This document shows, in pieces, positions 39,004 to 52,190 of a DNA stretch of 64,000 bases. A program made the position numbers and the translations under genes. The DNA comes from Eutreptiella sp. 'Long Island Sound 2002' (taxonomy: Eukaryota > Protista > Euglenida), in assembly GCA_964036045.1 (NCBI GenBank), contig OZ038378.1, positions 98,952,001-99,016,000 on the forward strand, written 5' to 3'. The notes beneath the pieces were generated by a model that had not been told where the DNA came from, did not search any database, and was given only the letters and a program-made list of their open reading frames with translations. The number at the start of each line of letters is the position of its first letter. The first letter of the stretch is position 1.

Positions 39004-39700
39004 TCACTTCACATCCGAAGCCACAACATCCAAAAGGAACACCCAGGCGCCTTTGTGCCTCACCAGTTAAGCCAGGGAGTACGTGTACAACTCCTTCAAG
39101 AGCTCAACGAGCCTCCGAGGGCCGAAAATACACAGGCTTTTTGGAGGCCCCTCCATCAAGTATTTCTGCAACATCCCGAAGAACCAGAACAGCAACGGTA
39201 CGGGGATGGTTTTTTCGCCGGCCCTGGCCCCGTACGCCAAGCGGTATGCCCTGCATGACTCTGGAGCCTGGTTGTGTGCGGCAACACTCACCCTGCCCGG
39301 CTTGCCGTCAATTCTTTTCGTTTCCGTTCATGATCCACCTGATAAGGGCCCGGATGTTGAAGCGTTACTCTCTCTGATTTCGAGGTCCCATCCCCACTGT
39401 TTCCTTGGGCAAGACTTTAATGCAGTGTCTTGCCCACAGTTGGATCTCAGCCTCACCGACGACCCGCCCAGGCACTGGCTACGCCAGGCTACTGCATCCC
39501 CCCCACCGAGCCTGGTGGACACATTCCGCACTGTGAACCCAACATCACTGGCCTTCATTCGGTACAAGAGTTCCCACCCCCTCCTGGCATCCCCGACCCT
39601 CCTGACCCATGCCCTGCTACGTGACTCCTTCATTGACAGTGGTAACACTACTGCCGACCATGACTCAGTTTGTGCCATTTTGGACTTGCCCTCTCCAGCC
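39004..39700 (+). pseudogene. LINE-B AP endonuclease
   Basis: SLHIRSHNIQ (39004), LLQELN (39091), LGQDFNA (39404), DTFRTVNP, ADHDSV (39653); frameshift ~39250. Confidence 0.9.
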
Positions 39701-40359
39701 TGCCCCCGGGTCCCGTCCGAACGGTGTTCAGGTGCCTCAATGAAAAAAGAAAGATGAATTTGAGGCCAAAATACAGCCTTGGACTGCCGGGGGCTCTCAA
39801 AAGAAGCAAGCCCTCAAACGCCTTCCACTTGACTCCCTTGTTCCCATCTTTGATGTTTTTTTCACGGAAGTCACAGGTCACGTTCATAGCATCACGTCCC
39901 TATCGGCCCCCAATATTCCCAAAGCTTTCAAACATCTAGAGACCTTGCTCAAACAGCTTCCTCCCGCGGGGTCCCCCCACATTCAACGCAAATACGAAGA
40001 ATTTTGCAGTGAGTCGGCAAAAGCCAGGGCCACACATGAAAAATTGCGTCTGACCAGAGTCGGCAGAGCCTTGGTCCAACACCGTCAGTCCAAGCGCAGT
40101 TTTGCCCACTATTTGGAGGCGGACAAAGGCTCCGACATCAGCCTCCGCACGGATGCAGGAAACATCACGGCTGACCCTAAGAAGGTCGCCAAAATTCTGC
40201 GCAACACCCAACAATCTCTCGGCAATCACCCCCACTTCGTTCCTGACGAGGATTTTGTGGAGTCATTACTCTCCCGGATCATTAGCGCCCCTGCAGATGT
40301 CAAGCAGAAAAGAATCCCCAAAAATCAGCCTTGCTTGACTAGAGCACAATCTAAAGAAG

Positions 40360-41300
40360 GCACGCCCTGACAAGGCAGGGGGAGGTGACCGCACAAAATT
40401 TTACATTCTTCAGCTCCTTCTGTTTTCCTGTAAAGGGGCCCTGGTTTCCCTTACCAATAAACCAATACTTCAAGGTCTCCCGCAGCACTGGGCGCACGCT
40501 AGTTTACCCATGCTTTGAAGAAAGGGCAAACCCCACTCATCCTTAAACTACCGCCCCATTTCCCCCCTCAGCTCCTGTTACAGACTAACTGCCAAATGGC
40601 TACTTACCAGACTGAATGGGCTCACAACCGAATACAAACCAGTCCACCCATCCCAGATTGGAGGGCTCAAGTGCCGCCGCACTGTGGACCACATTTTCTC
40701 GGTCCTCAAAGCTCTCCAGGTACACCCCAACTCATACCACCTCTACATTGACTTTGAAAAAGCATTCAACAGCGTGGTCCGCCCCACGCTGTGGTGCCTG
40801 CTTGAACACTACAACCTGCCTGATGAGCTCATCCAGTGCCTCCGGCTGCTTTACCTCGACAGCGTGGACGCACCCCTTGTCGGGGGGGAAGACCCCTTTC
40901 GTTGCGCCCAGCACCGTGGTGTCTGTCAAGGGAGCCCCCTGTCCCCTCTGCTGTTCGTCTTATACTTGAATGCCTTGCTCTTCAACGCCCCCTTCCACCC
41001 CCCATCGATGATCTCACCAACACAGGACACACTTTCATTGATGACCTGTTATATCTCAGCCCAGACCAATCCCTCAGTCAAGGCCTCATAGATTTCTTTG
41101 ACACGGCCGGCCAAAAACTCGGCATGAACATGAATATGACCAAAACGGACGTCCAAGCCCTAAATGGAGCCGCCAAGCATGTTATCTCGTCGCTGTTCGG
41201 ATTTTATTTTGACACTGTGGACCCCATCACCGGTCCCCCCAGGGAAATTTATAAATACCTCGGGTTTTTTCTTTCACTAAGGACCACCCCCAGAAGTTGC
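40360..41300 (+). pseudogene. LINE-B reverse transcriptase
   Basis: NYRPIS (40546), YIDFEKAFNSV (40744), RGVCQGSPLSPLLF (40915), FIDD (41034); several frameshifts. Confidence 0.95.
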
Positions 41301-44300
41301 TCGCCCTCACCAAACGAGAAGTGTCCTCGTTTTTCCAGCGACCTCATCCCATCCCCTCACCCCTGCCTGAGTTGGTTTCCCTGGTGAATTGCCAGCTAGT
41401 CCCCATCCTCTGCTACCGCCTGATCGCCCGACGCCTTTCCTTGCAGCAGCTCCAAGCGTTGAAGCACCAGCTCTGGACTGCATTAGCCCGACAGGGCGGT
41501 GTTTCCACAAAGGTGTCACCCAAAGATCGCCCCCAAAGAAAGTCGAGATTTGGTCTGAATATCCATGACCTCACCTTTGGCATCCACAAGTTTGCGGTAG
41601 CCTCTGGCATCCCATTCCTCAACAGCGAAGGCCCGGACATCCCTTGTGGGGTCATGCAACAAGCTCTCCTCTCTCCTGACGCGAATTGGTTTGTTGACTC
41701 TTTTTGGGATTTCTGCAATGCCCTTGGTCTGGAGTACAACGGCCTACCATGGAACCGTCACCTTCTCCCTTCCTGAGGGCGGTCCCAGGATCCTGAGTTG
41801 CTACTCGCCGTACGAATTGTCTGAGGAATCTGAGGGGTGCGCAGTGTGGGTAGGACCTCAAAGGCTACTTCAGGACCCCCCCCCTCGAGGGTTTGTCTCT
41901 TGATAGATAACGACCAATTTCAATCCGATCTTGCCGAGTCCATTCGCCTGTCGCGGTCTACCCAGCCCCACTCCTCAGGGTCTCTGCATCTGGAATCGCG
42001 ATTCGTGAGCCTGCTGGACGCCCTGCCCTTGTCCACCCAAGTTCATTGCGCCGGGATCAAACACCCCGCTGGCCTTTCAGGGCAACGAAGTCAGCGACCA
42101 CTTCAGCAAGTCGGCAGCGTACGCGCTCCTCTGGCACAGAAACCTAACCCTGCCACCTCATCTGGGGTCTATCACGGTAAACAAACGCCCAATCCTTCGC
42201 TTCCCTTCTGCGGGCAAAATCAAAGCTCGTCTTCCCAAACAGGAACTTGCTGACTTCCACCTCACATTCAGCTCCGACTTCTATAAGCACTGCAGCTTCT
42301 TTTCTGCCTTTACTTTCAAATGAATCGCAGGAAACTTCTGCATGTCTACCTATGAACCACACTGGAGTTTGGCCCCGTACCTCTGCCCTGTCTACCTCTC
42401 TCCCGCTGGATCCAAGCACCTTCACCTCCCAGTCCGCTTCCATGGATCCGCTCCGTCAGCGTATGCTCCAGGCGTGCCCCCCCGCCTTCGATGCAATGAT
42501 CGCCGTCTGGTGGGAAACCCAAAATGTCATAAATGGCCGGCATTTCATTCCCACCCTGGTCTCCAATTCCCTGGCTGACATGCTCTCTACCCCCGCTGGT
42601 TGCAAACTGCCTGCCTGAACACAAGGAGGACCTCCGTCACGCCCTGGGGAAGCAATGACCAGCAGTCACCAACGTCCTCCGCGAAATCCCGCACCACCTC
42701 TGTGAGCACCCACTGCCTCTACCTCGCCCCCCCGCAGTGTTCCTCAACCCCTGGGGGGTCCTCCAGGCCGTCCATAGCACCACCAGGCACCCGCCCCCTA
42801 AATTCAGCCACCAGTACATCCCCCTCCCCCCCTCCAAGCATCTGTGTCCAGGAAACAAAATGCCAGCTAGAAAAAAGGACATCAACCTTCCAATTCCCCC
42901 ATCCAACCCGCGGGCAAAGGCCAGCGCGTCCGAAAAGTACCGCCAACACCGCCCCGCAACCGCCCTAACAATCCTGCGCGCAAAAAACCACCGTCCACCA
43001 AGACCCGTTTAATTTGTTTTTATTTTAGTCCACTACCCAAAATTAATGGGGTACCGCCCCACAGCAGTGACGAACCCCCCCCGACACTTGATCCCCTCTC
43101 CTACCTCTGACCCAAACTTTCAGCTGATTCTAGTCCATGCCCGTTTATGATTCAGTCCCTTCCTCGCTGTATATATCCAGACCAGGCGTTGAATTGTTTT
43201 CCCTGGACGATCTCAATGCCAGTGTTGGGCCTTCGCCGGGCCGTAAATGTTGCTGTGTTCAACGAAAACTTTTCGTAATTACCGTTACCTTATATTGTTC
43301 CTCAATTGGATTGCATTCGCAAAAAAAAGAAGAATTGGATGTTAAAGTATAGAAAACAGTAACAGTATGAGGGACTACTGACAGTGACGTTTGATTCAAT
43401 TACTGTGATTGAATGTTTGGCGAAAGACATGAATAAAAAAGGATCTTCATGACAGAAATGCTGTTTCGAAATGTTTGTCATGGTATACAGATGAACAGGG
43501 CTGATGGTACTGAGCTCACTGGTTGAAACAGAAACTTGCAGAAGAAGCGGTAAATCCTAATTTTGGAAGTCACCGACATGTCAGAGCTGAATTTGATAAA
43601 GTTATTTTCGTGCTGTAACATATATAATTGTATATAATGTTTGTTGTACAGATGGGTGTCTTCTTTGGTGAACTAAGAGAGCTCATTGGAATGCCCAGTA
43701 ACTTGGGCGGTCTTGTATTGATTTGCCCGTTGATCTTGCTGAATTCACTGCATCTGGCACGCCTGCCGCCCGTTCAACAACGCTTGCAGCCGGCAGAAAG
43801 GAACACCCTACTCCCTCATCGACCCCCTCTACACGGCACACCCCGGCCCTACCCAGCTGAGTCCCCCAGAGGGCTGGGCGTCCTGCCTGGACACCCACCT
43901 AGTTCCCCCCAGCAAAGCCACCGCCACACAGATGGACCCAGCGGACCAGCGCACCTACATCAGGGACCTCGAAACCTGCCTTAGAGAGGCACATCACTGG
44001 CACACCAACGCCCTGTCACCCCGAGAGGGGACAGGGGGCGCCACCTGCCCCCCGTGCCTGCAATGCCAGGAGTGCAGAAACAGGCAGAGGGGTCAGCCAA
44101 CGCCCGCGCTAACAGAGCGCCAAGCCACAACCGGTACTGAGGCCGAGCAAAACCGCACCACCAGACTTCAGAAGCCCCGGTGCACATAACCAACAACACG
44201 CTCTCCAACGCCCAGCACCACGACCGTACTGCGGCACCCGAGCCTTACGGCAACACCACACAGTCATGTGTACCACAGACACACCTACCACCACCACCAG

Positions 44301-45019
44301 CCCATGTCACCGTACCCGCAAGTGCCATGGTGCCAAACGCAACCGACAAACCCTCCCCACCACCATCACACGGCCCAGCACCACCTGCCGCCCCCACAGC
44401 ACAGGCCGACGATACTCCGGCCGCCATACGCCCCTAGGCCCACAAGGGCCATTCACGCACACTATCAACACCAAGGCCAGAACATGCCACAGTCCCCGAC
44501 TGACGGGGTGGCCAACCACCACCTTTCAGCCCCCCAGCCACAGCCTCTGCCCGCGAGCATCGCCCACCAACAACCGCCCACCGCCGGCAAAAGGCAGTTC
44601 CAGAAAGAACCCCAGGCGGCCATCACCCGCCTCGACACCGCGACCAACCACAGACTGCCTGATCCCCCGACGCACGCACACACGAACCACAGGAACCGGC
44701 AAAACACCCAGACACCCTACCTACAAAACTGGCAACCCCGCTCCCCCCCAAGCAGTGCCAGCCCCACACGCCCCCCCCCCTGCAATTCCTGAGCATCTAC
44801 TCACCGCACGGGGACACCCACCAGCTGCAACCACCCCCGCCCTCCACCGACGCTCTCGTCCGCGAACCCTCTCTCCCAGGACCACCAAGGGACACCGCAT
44901 CACCCCACCCCGCACACAGCAGCAGCGAACAGCCCCCCCTCCGCCCGCACCACAGCCCTTCAAACACGCCGCACCACCACCTTCCGCACCGGTTCAGGCT
45001 CCGACCACCTTTGCCCTCC

Positions 45020-46060
45020 ACAGGCCCCCCGTGGTACAGCAGCGCCTCCAGGCTGCGGACGGGCACCAGGAGGTGCTACGACTCCGCACTTTCTGGACCA
45101 TCCAGCCCATCTGGCTGGCCGCCCTTGTGCAGGGCGCCACCTCGGCCCAAGGCATCCGAGACTTCATCTTAGACGCCTTCCTCCACGTCGCCCGACAGGA
45201 GGGCGCCACTCTTGCCACCCCCAACAGCGAACGCCCGCTGCCCGAAAGGGGGGAGCACCTGAGTGCCCCCGTGTCCTGGGGGCGGCAACATGTCGGAGAC
45301 CTCCAAACAGCAGCGGGTAGCCACCACGGGCTGCAGCCGGTACTACGAGCCCAACATGGCCCAGACCCCACCCGACATCGCCGCAGCCAACACCATGGCA
45401 TGGCAGGGGAGGACTTGGGTCGACCGCGTGACCTACCTGAGCAACTTCGGGGACCAAGTCCACCCAAACATCCCCACCACCACCAACCGCCAGCGGGCCC
45501 CCTTCACGTACATGACCCTCATATACAACTGCGACTGCACCCTCTCCTCTAACCACTACCACGCCTCATCCGGCACTGGATGGTCGGCAGCACCGACTAC
45601 CTCCTCGCCGCCCACTACACTCCCCCCCCCCACACAACCCCAGCCCCGGCATATACAACAGAGTGGACAATCCCGACGACCCTCATATCTGTGGCACGTG
45701 GGGGCACAAGACCCTGAAGACGCTGCTCTCTATCCAAAGCGGCAACCAGGGCCTTCACAGGGCGATGTACTGCCTTGCAAAATGGGCCCAACCGTCCTGG
45801 CAGATCCTCGCCCTGCGATGGACGTGGAAGGTCACCGTCCACCTACAGCAGGAGGAGGCGCCCTCAAACTGCATGGAAACCACCACCCCGTGCCCCAGCT
45901 CCCTGTTACTCTGCCTGTTCATGGTGGCGGCCTGCCTCATGACCGTGCTGTGGCAGAAGGACACGGCAACTCAGCACTACCCCCACTTCAGGGGGGAGGA
46001 CATGCCCCGCATCCAGCGGAGCTTCTTTGAAACGGTTCCTCGCCTCCAGCAAACAGACCC
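45020..46060 (+). pseudogene. Ulp1/SENP (C48)-like cysteine peptidase domain
   Basis: GIRDFILDAFL (cf. WLNDExIxxYL), His/Asp region (NRHYTL...HGSDSL in the paralog at 30560-30630), LQQEEAPSNC, and FRGEDMPRIQR (cf. FxQxDMPxFR). Confidence 0.5.
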
Positions 46061-47124
46061 TGACGTCCTACAGCTAACATGGAACCCCCCCAGGTAGCTC
46101 ACCAACGCGCGCATCCAAGATAACTCCACAACCACACCACACACGACACATGACGGGGCCCACAGCACCGGTACGTGCGCGCACACAGCACACCACCGAA
46201 AGCGCGCACACACTGCCACACCCTGACCCTCCTTGCCCACTGGACCCAGATGGCGGCACCAGAGCCAGAGCCCGCACCCCCGTCCCCCACATCCATCTCC
46301 TCCGTCTCACCGTCCTCGCCATTCTACCTCTCGGGCTCCTCCACCAGCGCCTCTCGCCCAGATTCCCCGATCATCACCACCACAACCATCTTGTCCACTT
46401 CGACCACCACAATAACTCCCAGCACCCCAGCCCCCAGACCGCGGGCAACACCACCCACACAAGCCCCAAAACCTGTTCCCGCTGCCAGCGCACCCAGCGC
46501 CTCCAAGGCCACCGCAGCCCCGCGACCCGCTACTGGCAAAGCGGGGCTGCAACGCACCCGGGCGATGCCCCACCTGCAACCCAGCTAAAGTTCAGACCCC
46601 CCCGGAAAACCAAAACCCAAAGCCAAGCCGCCACCCAAGCCCACCGCCAAGCACCAATCCGAACCAAACACCACATCACAGGCCCAACCCACCGCCAAAC
46701 GCGGCGCCAACCCTGCTGCCAAGACCCAGCCTCTCAGAGAACTCCTCTACGACCTCCGTACCCTGCAACCAAGGGCCTGGCAGCAGCAACGCCTGGCACA
46801 ACGTCCCCCCGCCATCACCAATGCCGCTGCCACCACCCTCATGGCGGAACGCGCCATGGCACAGGCGCGACGCGCCTCATCCCCACGCCACCCAGAACAC
46901 GCAGCCCGGACACACAAACCACCCCTTCTAGCCGGGGCTGGAGAAACACCAAGGGCAGCCAGTGGCGCCCGCACTCCCATACCAGCCCCCGGTGTCTGCC
47001 CATGTCTAGCAGATGCCCCGCTACCGCCGCAGCCACAGACCCTAACCCGACGCCTAGGCAGAGTCGTTACACACACACAACACAGGAAACCCCCACCCGC
47101 GGAAACACCCACCGCCGCGGCCCG

Positions 47125-47435
47125 CGGACCCCAGCCAGGAGTGGCGGGGAGCCGCCCCCGAGACCCACAGCCAGGAGTGGAAGGGGCCCAACCAACACCG
47201 CCACAAGCGGACCCCCGAGCCAGGAGTGGCGGGGAACCGCGACTGGGACCCGCAGCCACGAGTGGCAAGCGACTACACACCACCGCCGCCAGCGGACCCC
47301 AGCCAGGAGTGGCGCGGAACCGTACCCGGGGCCCTCAGCCAGGAGTGGCGAGGAGCACCCACCGCCGCCTAACAGCGAAACCCAGCCAGGAGTGGCGGGA
47401 AATCGCACTCAGGAACCTCGGCCAGGAGTGGCGAG
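47125..47435 (+). repeat. CAGCCAGGAGTGGCG minisatellite, ~83-84-bp dimer
   Basis: Eight cores at about 47131, 47167, 47215, 47251, 47298, 47335, 47381 and 47418, with alternating ~36/~47-bp spacing as at 205-1010. Confidence 0.9.
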
Positions 47436-48759
47436 GGGCCAACCACGGCACACACCAACCACACCCACACCCACACCAGCAGCAAGCCCCAGCTGGCCCC
47501 AGCCACACACCCACACACACACACACACACACACCAACACACACGGAAGACACACCCACACCCACGCCACCACGAACGCACGACACACACACCAGCACGG
47601 ACACCACGCGCGCACGCACCTTGCCACAAACACACACAACGGCGGCGAATCACAACCAGGGGAGGTGGGGACAGGCACACAAGCAACATGGCCAGAAAAA
47701 GCGAAAAGCGCCCCCTACTGCCACCACCCCTTCCGGGAGAGATGGGAAACCCACCACCACAAACCACACAGCGAAAAGGGGGGCGGGACAAAAAGGGCCC
47801 ACGGGAGACGCAGGCGAGAGACGCAACCTCAGGGGTTTGGGGGCCCCCCCGGTGACTGTATCGGCCCCATCTGAGCCTACGCATTAGGGTGGGATACGCC
47901 TGGGACCGTTGGTCAGCGGCCCGCGGTGGCAACGGCCTTGGGGGGTGACCAATGGGCCTGACCAAGAGCACTCCCCACGGCACATACTGCGGTTTGGGCC
48001 CAGCGAGGGGCTGCGGGTAGGGCACACCGTCCATCGGGGCAGGCAAGAGACACGCCTATCCCGCAAGGACTCCCCTGCGACCCACAGTGTACCCGACCCT
48101 GGTGTGGGGAACGGCTGGAGTACCTGGCTACGGAGCAGGTCCATTTGTACCGAGCGGGTACAAATGAACGGCCCGTACAACAGAGTTACACCCTGACGGG
48201 GAGTGCAAGCATCGGCCCCCCCAAGGGGAAACACCAGGGGAAGGGACCTGAGCCGACGACAAGGACCCCCCCCCCAACCACCACAGCCGGGAAAGGCCCG
48301 GGCACGGCACGAGGGGAACACCGACCCAAGCGACGCGGCAAGAGACAGAGGGTGGAGGGTACTCAAAGGGGGCGGCGGGGGGACACACCACCAACAGACC
48401 CCAGCCAGGGGGGGCGGGGAACCACACCCAGACCCCACAGCCGAGACGGGAGAGGGGCCACGACACACAGCCCCCACACCCACACAGAGCCGCCAAACCA
48501 AGCCCGGAAAGGCGAGGACAGGCACCCAAATGCACCACCACTACACCGCACACACGCCCGCGCATGCACACAACACACACCGCCACAGCCGCCAGCGACA
48601 CAAGCCCCACAAACGCACACCACACACCTAAGCGCCAGCACCGCCCGCACCACAAACGCACAAAACACACGAAAACCCAAAGATCAAGAACCCAGCAACC
48701 CCCCGCAAGGGGAGCTGCAGGGCCGCCAGAAACACCGCTAGGACACAAAGGTAGACCCA

Positions 48760-51700
48760 CCAAGCCCTCAGCCAGGGGTGGCGAGCGCGCACACCCAGCA
48801 ACACCCAACCAACCACACCCAAACCCAGGACCAGTAACTGCGACACCCACACCTGCACCGCCACCAACACCCAAACCGGACGCCACAACACCCTCACCAG
48901 CAGAAACACCCGGAACCAACGGAAACACTGTCGGCAACACCAGCGACCCCAGCACCCAGCACAACACCTGAGACACCCTCACCAACGTCAAACCAACACA
49001 AGAAGCCACCCAACACTGACCAACGCCCGCACCCGCGCCACCCACCGACCCGCACCCAGAACCACCGCCACCAGCCTCCACACCATCGGAAACACCAACA
49101 CCACCAACAATCAAGCCAGCACAACACCCTCACCAACACCATCACCGCCGGCACCATCGCCTACGAAACCTACGCACATCAACACCGGATACAACACCTA
49201 TATCACCCAAGCCAACGGCATCAAACACACCATCGCCAGCATCATCCCACCATCAGCGTCGCCACCGGCAACCTCCGCCACCAGAGGAAACCAAAGCCAC
49301 TACAACCGGTGAACCAACAAACCACCAAGCCCCGGCCAGAGGAGGCGAGGACACACGCCCAGAACCATCAACAACAACGCCCTCGCCACCAAAGCAACCA
49401 CAGGGTGCCATCCACAACGCAGTCACCAGCGGCACCCACATTACTGGCGCCACCAACACCACCCTCACCCACGACACCAACCGGGACATCGCCTGTACCA
49501 CCCTCACCAACAGCATCACCAGCAGCCCACACCACCTACCGCACACCCTCCCAGACAGAGCCACAGAAACCAGCCACCGCCCACACCAGAACACAGGCCA
49601 CTGACCACCCACACACAGACCCACACCAACCACAAGCAGCATCAGCAACATCAGAGACGCCGTAAACCATAGCAACGCCCGCAACGACCTCACCACCGGC
49701 ATCAGCGACAGCACCACCGACGGTGCGACCTCAGCAACAACAACCCAGAGCGTCAACGACAGCCACCACGGCGACACCACCAGGTACAACACCATGGACA
49801 TCAACGACACCAAGGGGGCCAACACGCCGGCCAGCAACGCCCATGGGAACCTCCGCCAGGAGTGGCGAGGTCCCACCCCCACCGTCAGAACACCACCGTC
49901 CACCAGGGCATCATCTACAACGCCCTCGCCTTCGACATCACCCACAGCTCTGCCAGCGGCGCCCTCACCAACACCGTCACCAGCACCACCGACAGCGGCA
50001 ACACAGCGACACCGCCAACCACCCACAGCACCAACCTACCACTACAGACCCAAAGACAGCCGGAGGAAATACCCCAACACCAGAGACAACCAGCACCACC
50101 CCACCAGGAGCACAAGCCGACCAACCACCAGCCACGAGTGGCACGCCCGGAACCGCCGACCGCCCAAACGCAGGCCGCGCCCAGCACCAACACCAACAAC
50201 ACCCACGCCATCAGACGACCACGAGACATGCCAACCACCAAGTATCACCTATGACAACCCCACTGTCGGCAACACCAGCGTCGCCAACCCCCATGGCACT
50301 ATCCACACCACCACCAACCCCACCAACGACGTGCCAAGGTGCCGTAACCTACAACACCCCTACCACCACTACCACGACCCCGGCACCGAGTAGCACCTAG
50401 GGCGCCCCCACCATCGGCGGCACCAAAGAACACGGCATCACAAACAAACGCCACCAGCGCTACCGACCAAGCCCTCAGCCAGGAGTGGGGAGCGCCCACA
50501 CCCAGCAACACACAACCAACCACGCCCAAACCCCAGGACCAGTGACTGCGACACCCACACCTGCACCGCCATCAACATCCAAACCGAACGCCACAACACC
50601 CTCACCAGCGGAAACACCCGGAACCAACGGAGACGCCGTCGGCAACACCAGCAACCCCAGCTCCCAGCACGACAACTGAGACACCCTCACCAACATCGAA
50701 CCAACACAAGAAACCACGCAAAGACCATGTTACACCCAAGGCATTACACCCGCGCCACGCACCGACCCGCACCCAGAACCACCACCGACAGCATCCACAC
50801 CATCAGAAACACCAACTACACCAACAATCAAGCCAACACAACACCCTGACCATCACCATCACCGGCGGCACCGCCGTCTCCACCATCGCCTACGATACCT
50901 ACGCACGCCAACACCGGATACAACGCCTACATCACCCAAGCCAACAGCATCAGACACACCATTCCCAGCATCACCCCACCATCAGCGTCGCCACCGGCAA
51001 TCTCTGCCACCAGAGGAAACCAAAGCCAACACAACCGGTGAACCAACAACCCACCAAGCCCCGGCCAGAGGAGGCGAAGACACACACCCAGAACCATCAA
51101 CAACAACACCCTCGCCATCAAAACCAACCACAGGGCGCCATCCACCACGCAGTCACCAGCGGCACCCACACCACCGGTGCCACCAACACCACCCTCGCCC
51201 ACGACGCCACCCGGGGCATCGCCTGCACCACCCTCACCAACAGCATCACCAGCAGCTCACGCCACCTACTGCACACCCTCCCAGACAGAGCCACAGGAAC
51301 CAGCCAGCGCCCACCCCAGAACACAGGCCACTGACACCGACACACAGACCCACACCAACCACCAGCAGCATCAAGAACATCAGAGACGCCGTAAACCATA
51401 GCAACGCCCGCAAAAACCTCTCCACCGGCATCATCGACGGTACCACCGACAGGGCGACCTCACCAACAGCAACCCGAAGCGTCAACGACAGCCACCACGG
51501 CGACACCACCCGGTACGACACCATCGGCAACAACGACACCGAGGGGGCCAGGGCCAACACACCGGCCAGCAACGCCCATGGGAACCTCCGCCAGGAGTGG
51601 CGAGGTCCCGCCCCCACCGTCAGAACACCACCATCCACCAGGGCATCACCTGCAATGCCCTACAACGCCAACACCCACAGCTCCCCCGGCGGCGCCCTCA

Positions 51701-52190
51701 CCAACACCGTCACCAGCACCACCGACAGCGGCAACACGGCGACACCGCCACCCACCCACAGCATCGACATCCTCGACCACAACCGATGCAACACCTACCA
51801 CTACAGACCCAAGGACAGCCGAATGAAATAACCCAACACTAGAGACAACCGGCACCACGGGGACCACAAGCCGGCCAAACACCAGCCACGAGTGGCACGC
51901 TCGAACACGCCGACCACCCAAACGCAGGCGGCGCCCAGCACAAACACCAACAACACCAACGCCATCAGACCACCACGAGACACGCCAACCACCATCGTGA
52001 CACCTTCACTGTCGGCAACACCAACGCCGCCAACACTGACGGCACTATCCACACCACCACCAACCCCACCCACAGCGTGCCGAGGTGCAGTCACCTACAA
52101 CACCCCTACCACCACCACCACGACCCCGGCACAGAGTAACACGTAGGGCGCCCCCACTGATTGCATCACCAAAGACGCCAGCACGGCTGG
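48760..52190 (+). repeat. Two diverged tandem copies of a ~1.7-kb Thr-rich unit
   Basis: Units start CAAGCCCTCAGCCAGG at ~48761 and ~50468 and end near TAGGGCGCCCCCA at ~50398 and ~52145; collinear throughout. Confidence 0.9.

Larger units (their letters stand above)
35800..43010 (+). mobile_element. LINE-B non-LTR retrotransposon (L1/Tx1-like APE and RT) carrying an AlkB domain; decayed
   Basis: RRM-like motifs, AlkB, APE and RT in order on one strand. Ends approximate; no TSD or tail identified. Confidence 0.8.

Noticed and set aside
30971-41800. Alternative genetic code (in-frame stops read as amino acids)
   Set aside because: Stops are mixed TGA/TAG/TAA, accompany many frameshifts, and align to sense codons in paralogous copies; this is ordinary decay.
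43020-43750. AT-rich spacer as gene or 3' LTR
   Set aside because: All frames contain frequent stops, no motif was recognised, and there is no similarity to 17775-18300.
43765-43805. LPPVQQRLQPAE resembling RPPVVQQRLQAAD at ~45022
   Set aside because: Similarity does not extend beyond ~11 residues; chance cannot be excluded.
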